From contig JAZJZK010000031.1 of assembly GCA_040389905.1 (NCBI GenBank), positions 1 to 41,255 on the forward strand: 41,255 nucleotides of DNA, read 5' to 3'. Of the stretch, positions 26,625-36,260 are shown one piece after another; the first letter of the stretch is position 1; every line of letters begins with the position of its first letter. Origin of the DNA: Gemmatimonadota bacterium. Its GTDB lineage: Bacteria > Gemmatimonadota > Gemmatimonadetes > Gemmatimonadales > Gemmatimonadaceae. Made by a program: the position numbers and the translations under genes. The notes beneath the pieces are model-generated. The model made no database searches. It was not told the DNA's origin and saw only the letters and a program-made list of their open reading frames with translations.

Positions 26625-27344
26625 TTATTCGCTCTTCTGGAGCGAGAAGGTGAACGGTTGCTGGACGAGCTGCTTGACTTTCTTTCCGCCGACTTCAGCC
26701 GGGTAGAAGCGCATGTTCGGGAGCGCATTCTTGACGGCCTGCGTGAACAGCTCGTGGCTGGACTTGAGCACCTTGAAGCTCCCTGCTTCGTAGCGACCGT
26801 CAGCATCGACGACGAACTGCGCGAGCACTTCTCCTTCGACATTCGCCGAGCGGAGCATGTCGGGGTACCGCAGGTTGCCCGTGCCGGGAATCTGCTGCAC
26901 CTGCTTTTCCACCTGGAACTCGAAGTACGGCTGATCGGTGTTGACGGGGCCCGTGCCTCCGACGACACCGCGTGCCACACCACCGGCGACGCCCTTTCCC
27001 GAGAAATCCGCCTCGTCCGTCACTTTCTTGGAGAGATCGATGTCCGGGAGGACATCCGGCACCTTGATGGGTGCGGTGAGCACCTGGAAGCCCTTCGGCG
27101 GAGGCGGTGCAACCACCACCTCCTTCGGAATAGGCTTCGGCTCCTCCTTGGGCGGAGGCGGTTCCTTCTTCTTCATGTCCACGAACTCGACCTTCTCGGC
27201 CTTGGGCTTTTCGAGCTTCTCCTTGGCCTGAAGGGTTCCGTACACAGCGGCGACGCCAAGGATGGCGTGCAGGATGCTGCTCAAAATGAGCGTGCCAGTG
27301 CTCTTTACCTTCTTCGGCTTCGATTCCAGCAGGTTGTTGAACAT
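26625..27344 (-). CDS. tonB: Energy transducer TonB
   Basis: SSILH TM anchor, Pro/Lys-rich linker, YP..LR...VEGEVLAQFVVD.DG; ATG 27344. Confidence 0.93.
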   Translation of the reverse strand: MFNNLLESKPKKVKSTGTLILSSILHAILGVAAVYGTLQAKEKLEKPKAEKVEFVDMKKKEPPPPKEEPKPIPKEVVVAPPPPKGFQVLTAPIKVPDVLPDIDLSKKVTDEADFSGKGVAGGVARGVVGGTGPVNTDQPYFEFQVEKQVQQIPGTGNLRYPDMLRSANVEGEVLAQFVVDADGRYEAGSFKVLKSSHELFTQAVKNALPNMRFYPAEVGGKKVKQLVQQPFTFSLQKSE

Positions 27345-27458
27345 GTCCTTGCTACCTTCCCAGGTCTGATGGACAGGACACTCCAGTGACTCCAAACAAA
27401 CTACGCCGCACGAGGAGGAGCGAAAGTAATGAACGATTAAGATTTCGTGAAAACGCAG

Positions 27459-29009
27459 TTAGTTGGCGATATCTTTGCCATCGCGCTGCGCCACACGATC
27501 GTGTTCCTCGAGAAACGCCACGTGCGGAAGAATGACGGTGAACACCGAACCTCGCCCCAGCCGCGACTGTGCCGTGATGCGCCCGCCGTGCGCTTGCGCA
27601 ATCCACTGGCTGATGGCGAGCCCAAGCCCGAACCCGCTCCGTTCGCTGCCTCTCGACCTCGCGCGATCGGCTCGCCAGAACCGGTCGAACACGTGTGGAA
27701 GATCTCCAGCCGCGATGCCGATACCGCTGTCGCGCACGGTGAATGCCAGCTCATCACCCACGCGCCGACTGAGCGAGAGCTCCACTCGGCCGCCTCGCTG
27801 CGTGTACTTGATGGCATTCGTGACGAGATTGAGGAAGAGCTGGCGCAGACGACGGGCATCGCCATCGACTATAGCCTCCTCGAGCACGCTCATCGTCACA
27901 GTCTGGCCCGCGTGCTCTCCGAGAATGACCGCCGTCTCGTAGACATCGCGCACGAGCGGGCCCATCGCCACCGGCTCCCGATGGATGTCGAAGCGCCCCT
28001 CGTCCGCCCGTGCGAGCGTGAGCAGGCTGTCGACAAGGTCGGACATGCGCGCCGTTTCCTGCAGCGCTTCCTCCAGCGCCTGCATCGCCTCGCTGCCAGC
28101 CGAGTTCGGATGCATCGCCCGCTCGACATCCGCGCGCATCACCGTGAGCGGCGTCTTCAATTCGTGGCTGGCATCGGCGGTAAACCGCCGCAGCGCGCCG
28201 AATGACGTTTCGAGCCGCTCGATCATCTCGTTCAGCGTCGTCCCCAGACGCGAAAGCTCATCCGCGCCAAGATCCGACGGAAGCCGACGATGGAGCGATC
28301 GTCCGTCGGTGATCGCCTTGACCTCGGCGATCAGCATCTCGACCGGTTCCACCGCGCGGCCGGCAATGGCGTAGGAGACGCCGATCGACGCGAGAATGAT
28401 GAAGGGCAGCACGAGTAGCATGGTGCTGCCGAGCACACTGGGCGTCAGCTCGATGATCGTCGTGGGCACACCCGCCACGATGCGCGAGATACTCGGGATG
28501 AGCGCGCTGTCTCGCCGCGCGACCATGAGAAGACCGCCACCGAAGGTCCGGTCATTCACCGGCATGACCGCCGCGTCGCCACTGGGATCCAGTTCCGCGG
28601 ACAGCCGGTCGATGACATTTCGGTCCTGCTCGGGGAGCATGCGAATGCCCACGGAGCTGTATAATTGGCGATTGTTCTGCCCGTACACGATGTAGTAGCC
28701 GGGCACGCGCTCGAGCAGATTGCGCAGGTCGACGGTCGCCACGATGCACGTGCCGTCCTGTGCGTCGCCGCAAGGCATCGCTCGGCCAGTTGAATCGCGC
28801 AGCTCTTCCGTCAGGGGAGTGCCATCGCGCTTCGCGCCGAGGATGAAGCCGTGGGTGCGCTCCCCCTCGGAGCTCGCCATTTCCGCGAGTTGCCGGAGCT
28901 GCAGCTCACGGGCATTGTGCGCGTAATACAAGCCGGCAGCAAACACGATGTTGCTGCCAACCAGTGCGAATCCGTAGGCCACGGTGAGCCGAGCGCGCAG
29001 AGTGGCCAT
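27459..29009 (-). CDS. Membrane sensor histidine kinase (HAMP, HisKA, HATPase)
   Basis: ADASHELKTPL, NLVTNAIKY, DSGIGI, GFGLGL. Confidence 0.95.
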   Translation of the reverse strand: MATLRARLTVAYGFALVGSNIVFAAGLYYAHNARELQLRQLAEMASSEGERTHGFILGAKRDGTPLTEELRDSTGRAMPCGDAQDGTCIVATVDLRNLLERVPGYYIVYGQNNRQLYSSVGIRMLPEQDRNVIDRLSAELDPSGDAAVMPVNDRTFGGGLLMVARRDSALIPSISRIVAGVPTTIIELTPSVLGSTMLLVLPFIILASIGVSYAIAGRAVEPVEMLIAEVKAITDGRSLHRRLPSDLGADELSRLGTTLNEMIERLETSFGALRRFTADASHELKTPLTVMRADVERAMHPNSAGSEAMQALEEALQETARMSDLVDSLLTLARADEGRFDIHREPVAMGPLVRDVYETAVILGEHAGQTVTMSVLEEAIVDGDARRLRQLFLNLVTNAIKYTQRGGRVELSLSRRVGDELAFTVRDSGIGIAAGDLPHVFDRFWRADRARSRGSERSGFGLGLAISQWIAQAHGGRITAQSRLGRGSVFTVILPHVAFLEEHDRVAQRDGKDIAN

Positions 29010-29018
29010 AGAACGCTC

Positions 29019-29687
29019 CTACTCCTTGATCACATAACCGACGCCACGGACCGTCGTGATCAGCTTCCGCGTGTGATTCGCATCGATCTTCTTTCGGAGG
29101 TGGTTGATGACGACGTCCACGATGTTCGTGCCGGGATCGAAGTGATAGCCCCACGCGTACTCGGTGATCAGCGTGCGGCTCATCACGCGCCCCTGATGCC
29201 GCGCAAGGTATTCGAGCACGGTGTACTCCTTGGGCGTGAGCTCGATCAATTCGCCGGCGCGGCGTACTTCGCGCGTTGCCTGGTCGATCACGAGGTCACC
29301 GACGCGCAGCGTTTCCGACGCGAGATTGCGCGGCCGGCGAGCGAGGGCTTCCACGCGCGCAAGCAATTCCTCGAAGGCGAACGGCTTGGTGACGTAGTCG
29401 TCGGCCCCAGCGCGCAGCGTCGCGACCTTGGCGTCCACGGCATCCTGTGCGGTCAACACCAGCACGGGCCGCTCGAACCCTTTCGCTCGCAGGGACTGAA
29501 GCACCTCGAACCCACTCTTCCCCGGCAACCGCATATCCAGCACGATGAGATCATACGCCATCGAGCTCGCGCGGCGCTCACCTTCCTCGCCATCGGTCGC
29601 GAGGTCGCAGGCCCACCGCTGCTCCTCGAGGCCACGCTTGACGTACTGCCCAACAGTCGGATCATCTTCGATGATGAGAATCCGCAT
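29019..29687 (-). CDS. OmpR/CusR-family response regulator
   Basis: ILIIEDD, LDMRLP, GADDYVTKPF, winged-helix ITTVRGVGY. Confidence 0.95.
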   Translation of the reverse strand: MRILIIEDDPTVGQYVKRGLEEQRWACDLATDGEEGERRASSMAYDLIVLDMRLPGKSGFEVLQSLRAKGFERPVLVLTAQDAVDAKVATLRAGADDYVTKPFAFEELLARVEALARRPRNLASETLRVGDLVIDQATREVRRAGELIELTPKEYTVLEYLARHQGRVMSRTLITEYAWGYHFDPGTNIVDVVINHLRKKIDANHTRKLITTVRGVGYVIKE

Positions 29688-31042
29688 TACTCGGAACCGC
29701 CGGGGCGCTGGAATCCGTACTCGCGAATCTTTCGATAGAGCGTCTTCGAGCTGATCCCCAGCGTGGATGCGGCGCGACCCTGGTGCCAGCTCGTGTTGTG
29801 CAGCACGGACTCGATGTGCCGCCGTTCGAGCTCCGCCAGGGTGATCGCTGGTGACGACGTGGGCGTCCCCGCATGGCCGGCATGTTGGAGCGGAAGATCC
29901 GCGGCACGTATCTGCGGGCCATGCGCCAACAGCACCACGCGCTCGATCACGTTACGTAGCTCGCGCACATTGCCCGGCCAGGGATAGCGCGTGAGCACAT
30001 CGAGTGCATCGACGGTCAGCGTCGGCGGCTGGGTCTTCCCGAACTGGCGCAGGAATTGGCGCGCCAGGAGTGGGATGTCCACCGCGCGCTCGCGGAGCGG
30101 AGGAAGCTTCACCTCGATCGTGTTCACGCGGTAGAGCAGGTCGTCGCGAAAGAGGCCTTCTGTGGCGCGCGCCGCCAGATCGCGATTCGACGCCGCAAGA
30201 ATGCGAACGTCGACCTCGACCTTCTGCGTGCCGCCGACGCGGTAAAAGCTCCGCTGGTCGAGTGCGCGCAACAGCTTGCTCTGCAGCTTGAATGACAGTT
30301 CGCTGATCTCGTCGAGAAAGAGCGTACCGCCCGCCGCAAGCTCCATGAGCCCGAGCTTGCGTTCGTCTGCGCCGGCGAAAGCCCCCCGCTCGTGACCGAA
30401 CAACTCGCTTTCGAGCATGCCTTCACTGAGCGACGCGCAGCTGACGTCGACGAACGGCCCGGTGCGAGCGCTCAATCGGTGCAGCATGTGCGCAACGAGT
30501 TCCTTGCCCGTCCCCGACTCGCCCGTGATGAGCACGGCGGAGTCGCTGGGCGCGACCTTCGCGACGACATCGAGCACCGCTTGCAGTGGCGCGTACTGCG
30601 TCACGATCTCGGTATCGCCGCCGGCACGGTCGAGCTGCGTCTGGAGCAATACGTTGGAGCGCGCCAAGCGGCGCTTTTCCCACGCGCGGCGGACGAGGAC
30701 GTCGATTTCCGCCATGCGGTATGGCTTCGCCATGTAATCATAGGCGCCGAGCTTCATGGCGCTGATGGCCGTCTCGATCGTTCCGTTGCCGGTGATGATG
30801 ATGACTTCCGGAGGATCCGCGTCCGCACGCACCTGCTTCAGCACCTCGAGTCCGTCGAGCTCCGGCATCACGATATCGAGCAGCGCCACGTCGAAGGCTT
30901 CCGCGCGAAGGGCATCGAGCGCAGCGCGGCCGTCGACGACGGTGTGCACCGCGTAGCCGCGACCCGTCAGGAAATTCGACAGGATCTGGCCGAGGTGCAC
31001 TTCGTCTTCGGCAACCAGCACCTTGATCTTGGTCTCACTCAC
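29687..31042 (-). CDS. NtrC-family response regulator (REC, AAA+, Fis HTH) with GAFAGA variant
   Basis: GESGTGKE, ESELFGHERGAFAGA, LFLDEI, WPGNVREL, C-terminal HTH. Confidence 0.95.
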   Translation of the reverse strand: MSETKIKVLVAEDEVHLGQILSNFLTGRGYAVHTVVDGRAALDALRAEAFDVALLDIVMPELDGLEVLKQVRADADPPEVIIITGNGTIETAISAMKLGAYDYMAKPYRMAEIDVLVRRAWEKRRLARSNVLLQTQLDRAGGDTEIVTQYAPLQAVLDVVAKVAPSDSAVLITGESGTGKELVAHMLHRLSARTGPFVDVSCASLSEGMLESELFGHERGAFAGADERKLGLMELAAGGTLFLDEISELSFKLQSKLLRALDQRSFYRVGGTQKVEVDVRILAASNRDLAARATEGLFRDDLLYRVNTIEVKLPPLRERAVDIPLLARQFLRQFGKTQPPTLTVDALDVLTRYPWPGNVRELRNVIERVVLLAHGPQIRAADLPLQHAGHAGTPTSSPAITLAELERRHIESVLHNTSWHQGRAASTLGISSKTLYRKIREYGFQRPGGSE

Positions 31043-32628
31043 GTCGGTATCTCTGCCTCGTCTGCGCGGGGAAGGATGATGCGAAAGACACTGCCCTGGC
31101 CTGGTGCACTGTCCACTTCGATCCGGCCATTGTGCTCTGTGACAATCGCATAGCAGATGGACAGGCCAAGCCCGGTTCCTCGCCCCGGCGGCTTCGTTGT
31201 GAAGAACGGCTCGAAAATCTTCGGCAGGTCGGCGCGCCGAATACCTTCTCCCTGATCGGTAATCTCCGCCACGACGCTCTTCGCGTCGTCACCCCAGCGC
31301 GTGCGGAGCGTGATGGTGCCGCGCTCGTGCATCGCGTCCATGGCGTTCAGCAGGAGCGACATGAAGACCTGCATGAGCTGCTCCGCGTTCGCGCGAACCA
31401 CGGAGTTCAGGCTGCGGTCGAGATCTTCCTGCACGGTCAACTTCTTGAAGCGGGTGTGATGCTTGAGCACGAAGAGCGTGCGCTCGATTGCGTCGTTGAC
31501 ATTGATCAGCGACTTCGCGCCCACCTTGGGCCGGCTGAAATCGAGCAGCGAATCGACGATGCCCTTGCAGCGCTGGACTTCACTCTGGATCAACCGGAAA
31601 CCATCGAGGATTTCCTGCTCGGCGTTCTCGTACGAGAGCTCCAACCCTTCGGCACACGCGGCAATCGTCGCGAGCGGATTGTTGATTTCGTGCATGACGC
31701 CCGCGGCCAGCGTCCCGATCGCGGCGAGCTTTTCCGCCTGCGCGAAACGGTCCTGTGCCGAGCGCCATTCGGTGACGTCCTCGCCGACGGTGATCACGTG
31801 CGTGACCGGGCCGTCGTCGAGCCGCATGGGAATCTTGGAGATGCGATAGGTGCGCAGTTCTCCGGTGACGGACGATTCCATCTGGAAGGTCTGGAGGCGG
31901 CCCGTCGCGAACACCTCGTCGAACTCGCGGCGGAGAACGGTCGCCGGCTGCCGGTGCAATATTTCGAAGATCGTCCGCCCGATCGCCTCCTCGCGCGATA
32001 CGCCCTGCATGCCCGTCTCGCGCTTGCGGTTCCAGACCGAGATGCGATAGTCGCGATCGATCACATAGAGGCCAACCGGCAGCGAGTCGATGATACGCTC
32101 CGTTACGCGGCGCTCGCGATCGATCTGCTTGGTCCGTTCGAGCACCTCGCTCTCGAGGCGTTGCGCGTAGGCGGCCTGCCGAAGCACCGGCGCAAGAATA
32201 TCGGCGATCGTGGCAAGGAAGGTCCGCTGATCGGGACTGATCTGTCCGAGCGGCATCAGGACGAGTGCGCCGAGCGGATGATGTCCAGCGTCGAGACGAA
32301 CGACGGTCATCTGCCCGTCACCGCGGACCGGACTCGCGAGTTGCGCGCGCACCTGCGCCGCGGTGGGCGATGGACCACCCTGGCGCGCTTCGCAGCGCAA
32401 TTCTCCCTCGCCACCGAGCCAGAGGGAGACGTGCGAGGCCCCCACAGTGTCCGCGACACGCTCGAGCACCCCGGGGAGGACATCCGAGGGGGCATCGCGC
32501 GTCGCGAGCGCTGCGGCGATCTGGGCTACCGCGTGGAGCAGCGGACGGTCATCACCGCCGAATCCCGCGAGAGTCGAGGAGGGAGTGGGAACTCGCGCGT
32601 CGGGATCGCGCGCAGGAATAGTTGGCAG
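31039..32628 (-). CDS. Cytoplasmic GAF-like/PAS sensor histidine kinase; start uncertain (GTG 32469 or upstream CTG 32628)
   Basis: [13 protein letters not shown] (PAS), [35 protein letters not shown]; the frame is open upstream to 32637. Confidence 0.88.
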   Translation of the reverse strand: MPTIPARDPDARVPTPSSTLAGFGGDDRPLLHAVAQIAAALATRDAPSDVLPGVLERVADTVGASHVSLWLGGEGELRCEARQGGPSPTAAQVRAQLASPVRGDGQMTVVRLDAGHHPLGALVLMPLGQISPDQRTFLATIADILAPVLRQAAYAQRLESEVLERTKQIDRERRVTERIIDSLPVGLYVIDRDYRISVWNRKRETGMQGVSREEAIGRTIFEILHRQPATVLRREFDEVFATGRLQTFQMESSVTGELRTYRISKIPMRLDDGPVTHVITVGEDVTEWRSAQDRFAQAEKLAAIGTLAAGVMHEINNPLATIAACAEGLELSYENAEQEILDGFRLIQSEVQRCKGIVDSLLDFSRPKVGAKSLINVNDAIERTLFVLKHHTRFKKLTVQEDLDRSLNSVVRANAEQLMQVFMSLLLNAMDAMHERGTITLRTRWGDDAKSVVAEITDQGEGIRRADLPKIFEPFFTTKPPGRGTGLGLSICYAIVTEHNGRIEVDSAPGQGSVFRIILPRADEAEIPT

Positions 32629-32744
32629 GTGAAGCTCTTACCGATTGGGGATGCGACAACCTAGGACGAAATGTCCGAAAAGACAAGATGACCGAGCAGA
32701 GTTCGCGTCAGTGTGCGGTCAAATTGTCTTTGACCGGTCTGGTC

Positions 32745-33212
32745 CTACGCCTTGATGCTTTCGATCGCAGCGAAAAGCTCTGCATTCGTGCGCTTCTCGC
32801 TCGGGGTCGCTTCCACGTGGACCCAGCGGATGACCCCTTCCTTGTCGACGAGGAAGTACGCGCGATTGGCATAAAAGCGATCCTCCAACAGGACACCGTA
32901 CTGCCGTGCGACGTCCCGCTTGAAATCCGAGAGGAAGTCGGACTTGAACTCGTACTTGCTCTTGAACTCCTTGAGGGTCGGCGTCGAATCGACGCTGATC
33001 GGGATGACAATCGTGTCGGCCGACGCGAATTGGTCCCAGTCATCGCGCATGTCGCAGAGCTCTTTCGTGCACGTGCTGGTGAACGCCAGCGGGAAAAACG
33101 CGATCAACACGTTTTTTCCTTTCAACCCGGAGAGTGTGACGGCGCCGCCGGCGGTGGATGGGAGGGTGAAATCCGGGGCCGGATCTCCAACGTTGGGAAT
33201 CATGGTGGGCAT
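32745..33212 (-). CDS. Peroxiredoxin (AhpC/TSA family, AhpE/BCP-like)
   Basis: GDPAPDFTL, FFPLAFTSTCTKELC (PxxxTxxC), RAYFLVDKEG. Confidence 0.93.
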   Translation of the reverse strand: MPTMIPNVGDPAPDFTLPSTAGGAVTLSGLKGKNVLIAFFPLAFTSTCTKELCDMRDDWDQFASADTIVIPISVDSTPTLKEFKSKYEFKSDFLSDFKRDVARQYGVLLEDRFYANRAYFLVDKEGVIRWVHVEATPSEKRTNAELFAAIESIKA

Positions 33213-33266
33213 TCTGATGACAGGTTCCAGGTGGACGAGAAATCTCGGGTTCCGGAAGGATAGTGC

Positions 33267-33360
33267 TTGAGGATCGGATTTGACGGATGCGACGGAAGGG
33301 ACACTGATCATGAACCAAAGCCGGTTGTTTCCGTTCAGATCCGTATGATCCGCTCCTCAA
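33267..33360. repeat. Palindromic repeat, family B
   Basis: TTGAGGATCGGATTTGACGGATGCGACGGAA...TTCCGTTCAGATCCGTATGATCCGCTCCTCAA. Confidence 0.75.
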
Positions 33361-33422
33361 TCCGTGGACTTTTTTTCATGCCGAAATCGGGCGCGTCGCA
33401 CAGTGACACGATGAACGAAACA

Positions 33423-34637
33423 CTACTCGTATCGCAGTGCCACAATCGGATCCAGCGACGCCGCTCGTCGTGCCGGCCACACACCAAAGAGAACGCCCAC
33501 CGCCCCCGAAAAGGCGAACGCGATGACGATCGACGAGGGCACGATCACGACGCTCCATCCGAATGACGACTTGAGCGTCAGCGCGATCCCCGCGCCCACG
33601 GCGACGCCAATCAGTCCGCCGAAGAGGCACAAGGCGATGGCTTCGGCAAGGAACTGGGTGAGGATGGTGAGACGCGTGGCACCGAGCGCCTTTCGAATTC
33701 CGATCTCGCGGGTGCGCTCGGTGACGGACACCAGCATGATATTCATGATGCCGATGCCGCCCACCAGCAGGCTGACGGCCGCAATGCCGGACAGGAGATA
33801 GGTAAACACCTCCGTCGTCGCGCCGAGGGTATTGAGGAAGTCGGCCTGATTTCGGATCACGAAGTCGTCCGGGCGGCCCGGCCGAAGCCTGTGCGCGCGC
33901 CGCATGATCGACGCCAGCTCCTCGAGGGCCACGTCGACGCTGTCCTCGTGCATCGCGAGGACATTGATGTCGTTCAGCCGGTCGGTGCCGAAGACCCGCC
34001 ACCGCCCGGTTTCGAAGGGGATGAGAACCTGGTCATCGGGGTCTCCCATGCCCGTGACCTGCCCCTTGGGCGACAACACGCCCACGATCTCGAACTGAAG
34101 TCCCTTGATCCGAATCAATTCGCCGATCGCGGCCGACGGGTCGGCGATGTTGAGATTGGCCATCGTCGTCGCCCCGAGTACGGCGATGCGGCGTTTCGAT
34201 TCGTTTTCCTGGCTGGTGAACATCCGACCCGCGGCGATCCGGTATTTCCGGACGTCGAGGAAGTTGGCGGAGGTACCAATGATATTGCTGTTCGTATTCT
34301 GCCGCCCCCACTGGACCATCAACCGCGAATCCTGCTGCGGCTGAATGGCGGTGATCTTCGTGGCGCGGTCCTCGATGAGCTTCACGTCGCGCATGGTCAT
34401 GCGCTTGGCGCCCTCGATCTGAACGCCACCCTGCGCAACGCGCTGCGGATTGATCTGCAGCAGCGTCGTCCCAAGCTTCGAGATGCGCTCTCGAACGGAC
34501 TGCTCGGCGCCGGTCCCCAGCGCGACCATTGCGATGACGGAACCCACGCCGATGACGATGCCAAGCATCGTCAGGGCGGACCTCAGCTTGTTCGCGCGCA
34601 GCGAGGTGAATGCGATCTGGAGGACTTCGTAGAACAT
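33423..34637 (-). CDS. MacB/FtsX-family ABC transporter permease
   Basis: LRANKLRSALTMLGIVIGV, GGIGIMNIMLVSVTERTREIGIRKALGA, PARRAASLDPIVALRYE. Confidence 0.95.
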   Translation of the reverse strand: MFYEVLQIAFTSLRANKLRSALTMLGIVIGVGSVIAMVALGTGAEQSVRERISKLGTTLLQINPQRVAQGGVQIEGAKRMTMRDVKLIEDRATKITAIQPQQDSRLMVQWGRQNTNSNIIGTSANFLDVRKYRIAAGRMFTSQENESKRRIAVLGATTMANLNIADPSAAIGELIRIKGLQFEIVGVLSPKGQVTGMGDPDDQVLIPFETGRWRVFGTDRLNDINVLAMHEDSVDVALEELASIMRRAHRLRPGRPDDFVIRNQADFLNTLGATTEVFTYLLSGIAAVSLLVGGIGIMNIMLVSVTERTREIGIRKALGATRLTILTQFLAEAIALCLFGGLIGVAVGAGIALTLKSSFGWSVVIVPSSIVIAFAFSGAVGVLFGVWPARRAASLDPIVALRYE

Positions 34638-34692
34638 GTCGGCGGGGTGGGAGGGGCCGCACATCGAACTACGCGGACCGCTCCCGGAGCGT

Positions 34693-35943
34693 TCACCCCA
34701 CCGCGAGCGCGGCGTAACCCGGCGCGGTCACCAGCGCTACGGCGCCGAGGAGCCGGTATTCAGCCAGGCTGCTGTCCGGCACGATGGTCGTCATGCCTGC
34801 GCTGCCGGGAATCGTTCCCGACACGAGCGCGGAGCGGATAGGATTCTCGAGAATATCCCACGCTTCGGTGATTTCGCCGCCGACGTAGATGCGCCCGGGA
34901 TTGAAGGCACTCACGATCAGTGCGAGCCCTCGGCCGATGTGGGTTCCCGTTTCGACCAGCGCCATGACGGCGGCCTTCTCGCCTTCCCTGGCCCGTCGCA
35001 CCACCTCGTCCACACCGAGCAGCGACGACCGCTTCGCGCGGCGCAGCCTGACGTCGGTGACCGGTGCGGGAACGGAACCGGACAATGCGCCCACGTAGCG
35101 GTCGATCGTCGCGGCGTTGCACGCGAGTGCCTCCCAGCACCCTCGCCGGCCGCACACGCACTCCGGACCCGAAGAATCGAGCGACACATGGCCGAACTCG
35201 CCCGCCGTATGCGATTCGCCGCGCAGCATTTCGCCGTTGACCACCAGACCGACGCCAATACCCTCCGAGACGCTGACGTAGGCGAAGCTATTGACCGACC
35301 GCGTGGCTTCAGGCTCGAGCCAGAGTCGGGCGAGCGCGCACGCAATCGGGGCACTCTCGATGAAGACCTTCATGCCGAGGCGCGTCGAGACAGCGGCGCG
35401 GAGATCGACGTCGCGCCAACCGAGCCGAGGCGCGTAGATCAGACGGCCGGTCTTCCGGTCGACCATGCCGGGCAGCACGATCCCCATCCCCTGGCAGCCA
35501 TCCGCACCATGCGGTGCATGCTGCCGCAGGAGCCGTCGGGCCTCGTTGGCCAGCAGTTCGGCGAGCTGGTCCGGCGACGACGGCGTGTCGAATGACTCAT
35601 GCGCGAGCATCCGGCCGGCGACATCGCTGAGCGCGATCGACGAACGGCCGGAGCGCACGTCAGCCGCAATGACGAGACGGCCGCGAGTGCGCACTGCCAG
35701 CATCGTCGGCCGGCGGCCACGCGCGGTGGCGGCGGTTCCCTTCTCGAAGACGATGCCAGTCTCGATCAACTCGCGCACGAGTGGCGTGAGGGTTCCACGC
35801 CTGACCTTCATGCGGCGGGCGAGGTCGGCGCGGGAAATCGGTTGGTATTCGCGGATGAGGTTGAGTACGATGCGGCGATTGACATCACGCGGTGTGGATC
35901 GTGTGGCGAGCCGGAAATTCCGCGTGTTGATCTTGCGCATCAA
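34693..35943 (-). CDS. ROK-family transcriptional regulator
   Basis: N-terminal HTH (PISRADLAR, GRRP), GEFGH, CVCGRRGCWE. Confidence 0.93.
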   Translation of the reverse strand: MMRKINTRNFRLATRSTPRDVNRRIVLNLIREYQPISRADLARRMKVRRGTLTPLVRELIETGIVFEKGTAATARGRRPTMLAVRTRGRLVIAADVRSGRSSIALSDVAGRMLAHESFDTPSSPDQLAELLANEARRLLRQHAPHGADGCQGMGIVLPGMVDRKTGRLIYAPRLGWRDVDLRAAVSTRLGMKVFIESAPIACALARLWLEPEATRSVNSFAYVSVSEGIGVGLVVNGEMLRGESHTAGEFGHVSLDSSGPECVCGRRGCWEALACNAATIDRYVGALSGSVPAPVTDVRLRRAKRSSLLGVDEVVRRAREGEKAAVMALVETGTHIGRGLALIVSAFNPGRIYVGGEITEAWDILENPIRSALVSGTIPGSAGMTTIVPDSSLAEYRLLGAVALVTAPGYAALAVG

Positions 35944-36260
35944 AAACTCCTCTTTGAAAGAAAGAACGCGGCCCAGTCACGTGAGACGGGCCGCGCCGAC
36001 TGGAAGTGCACTGATATCATCTGATTGCATAATGCGCACATTTTTGCTCGCGTTCAAGCCTTTGAGCGCAGAAATATTCAACAAAGTGTGCACATTTGTG
36101 CGCTTTTAACACGAAGACGTGAGCGGCGAGCCTCTAGACGCGATGTGCCGAATTGGGTGTTGCGCGCCTTCGCCCGAAGTCGTCACCACAGTGTCGCGGA
36201 CGCGCACTTGACCGCGTTTTCGGCACCCTCCCTGCACCAACCGCGTCCCCGCTCGCCACG

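Noticed and set aside
15778..33263. Long plus-strand ORFs such as 15778-16962, 19001-19951, 21489-22682 and 31132-32664
   Set aside because: They are antisense shadows of well-supported minus-strand genes in high-GC DNA and have no recognisable motifs.
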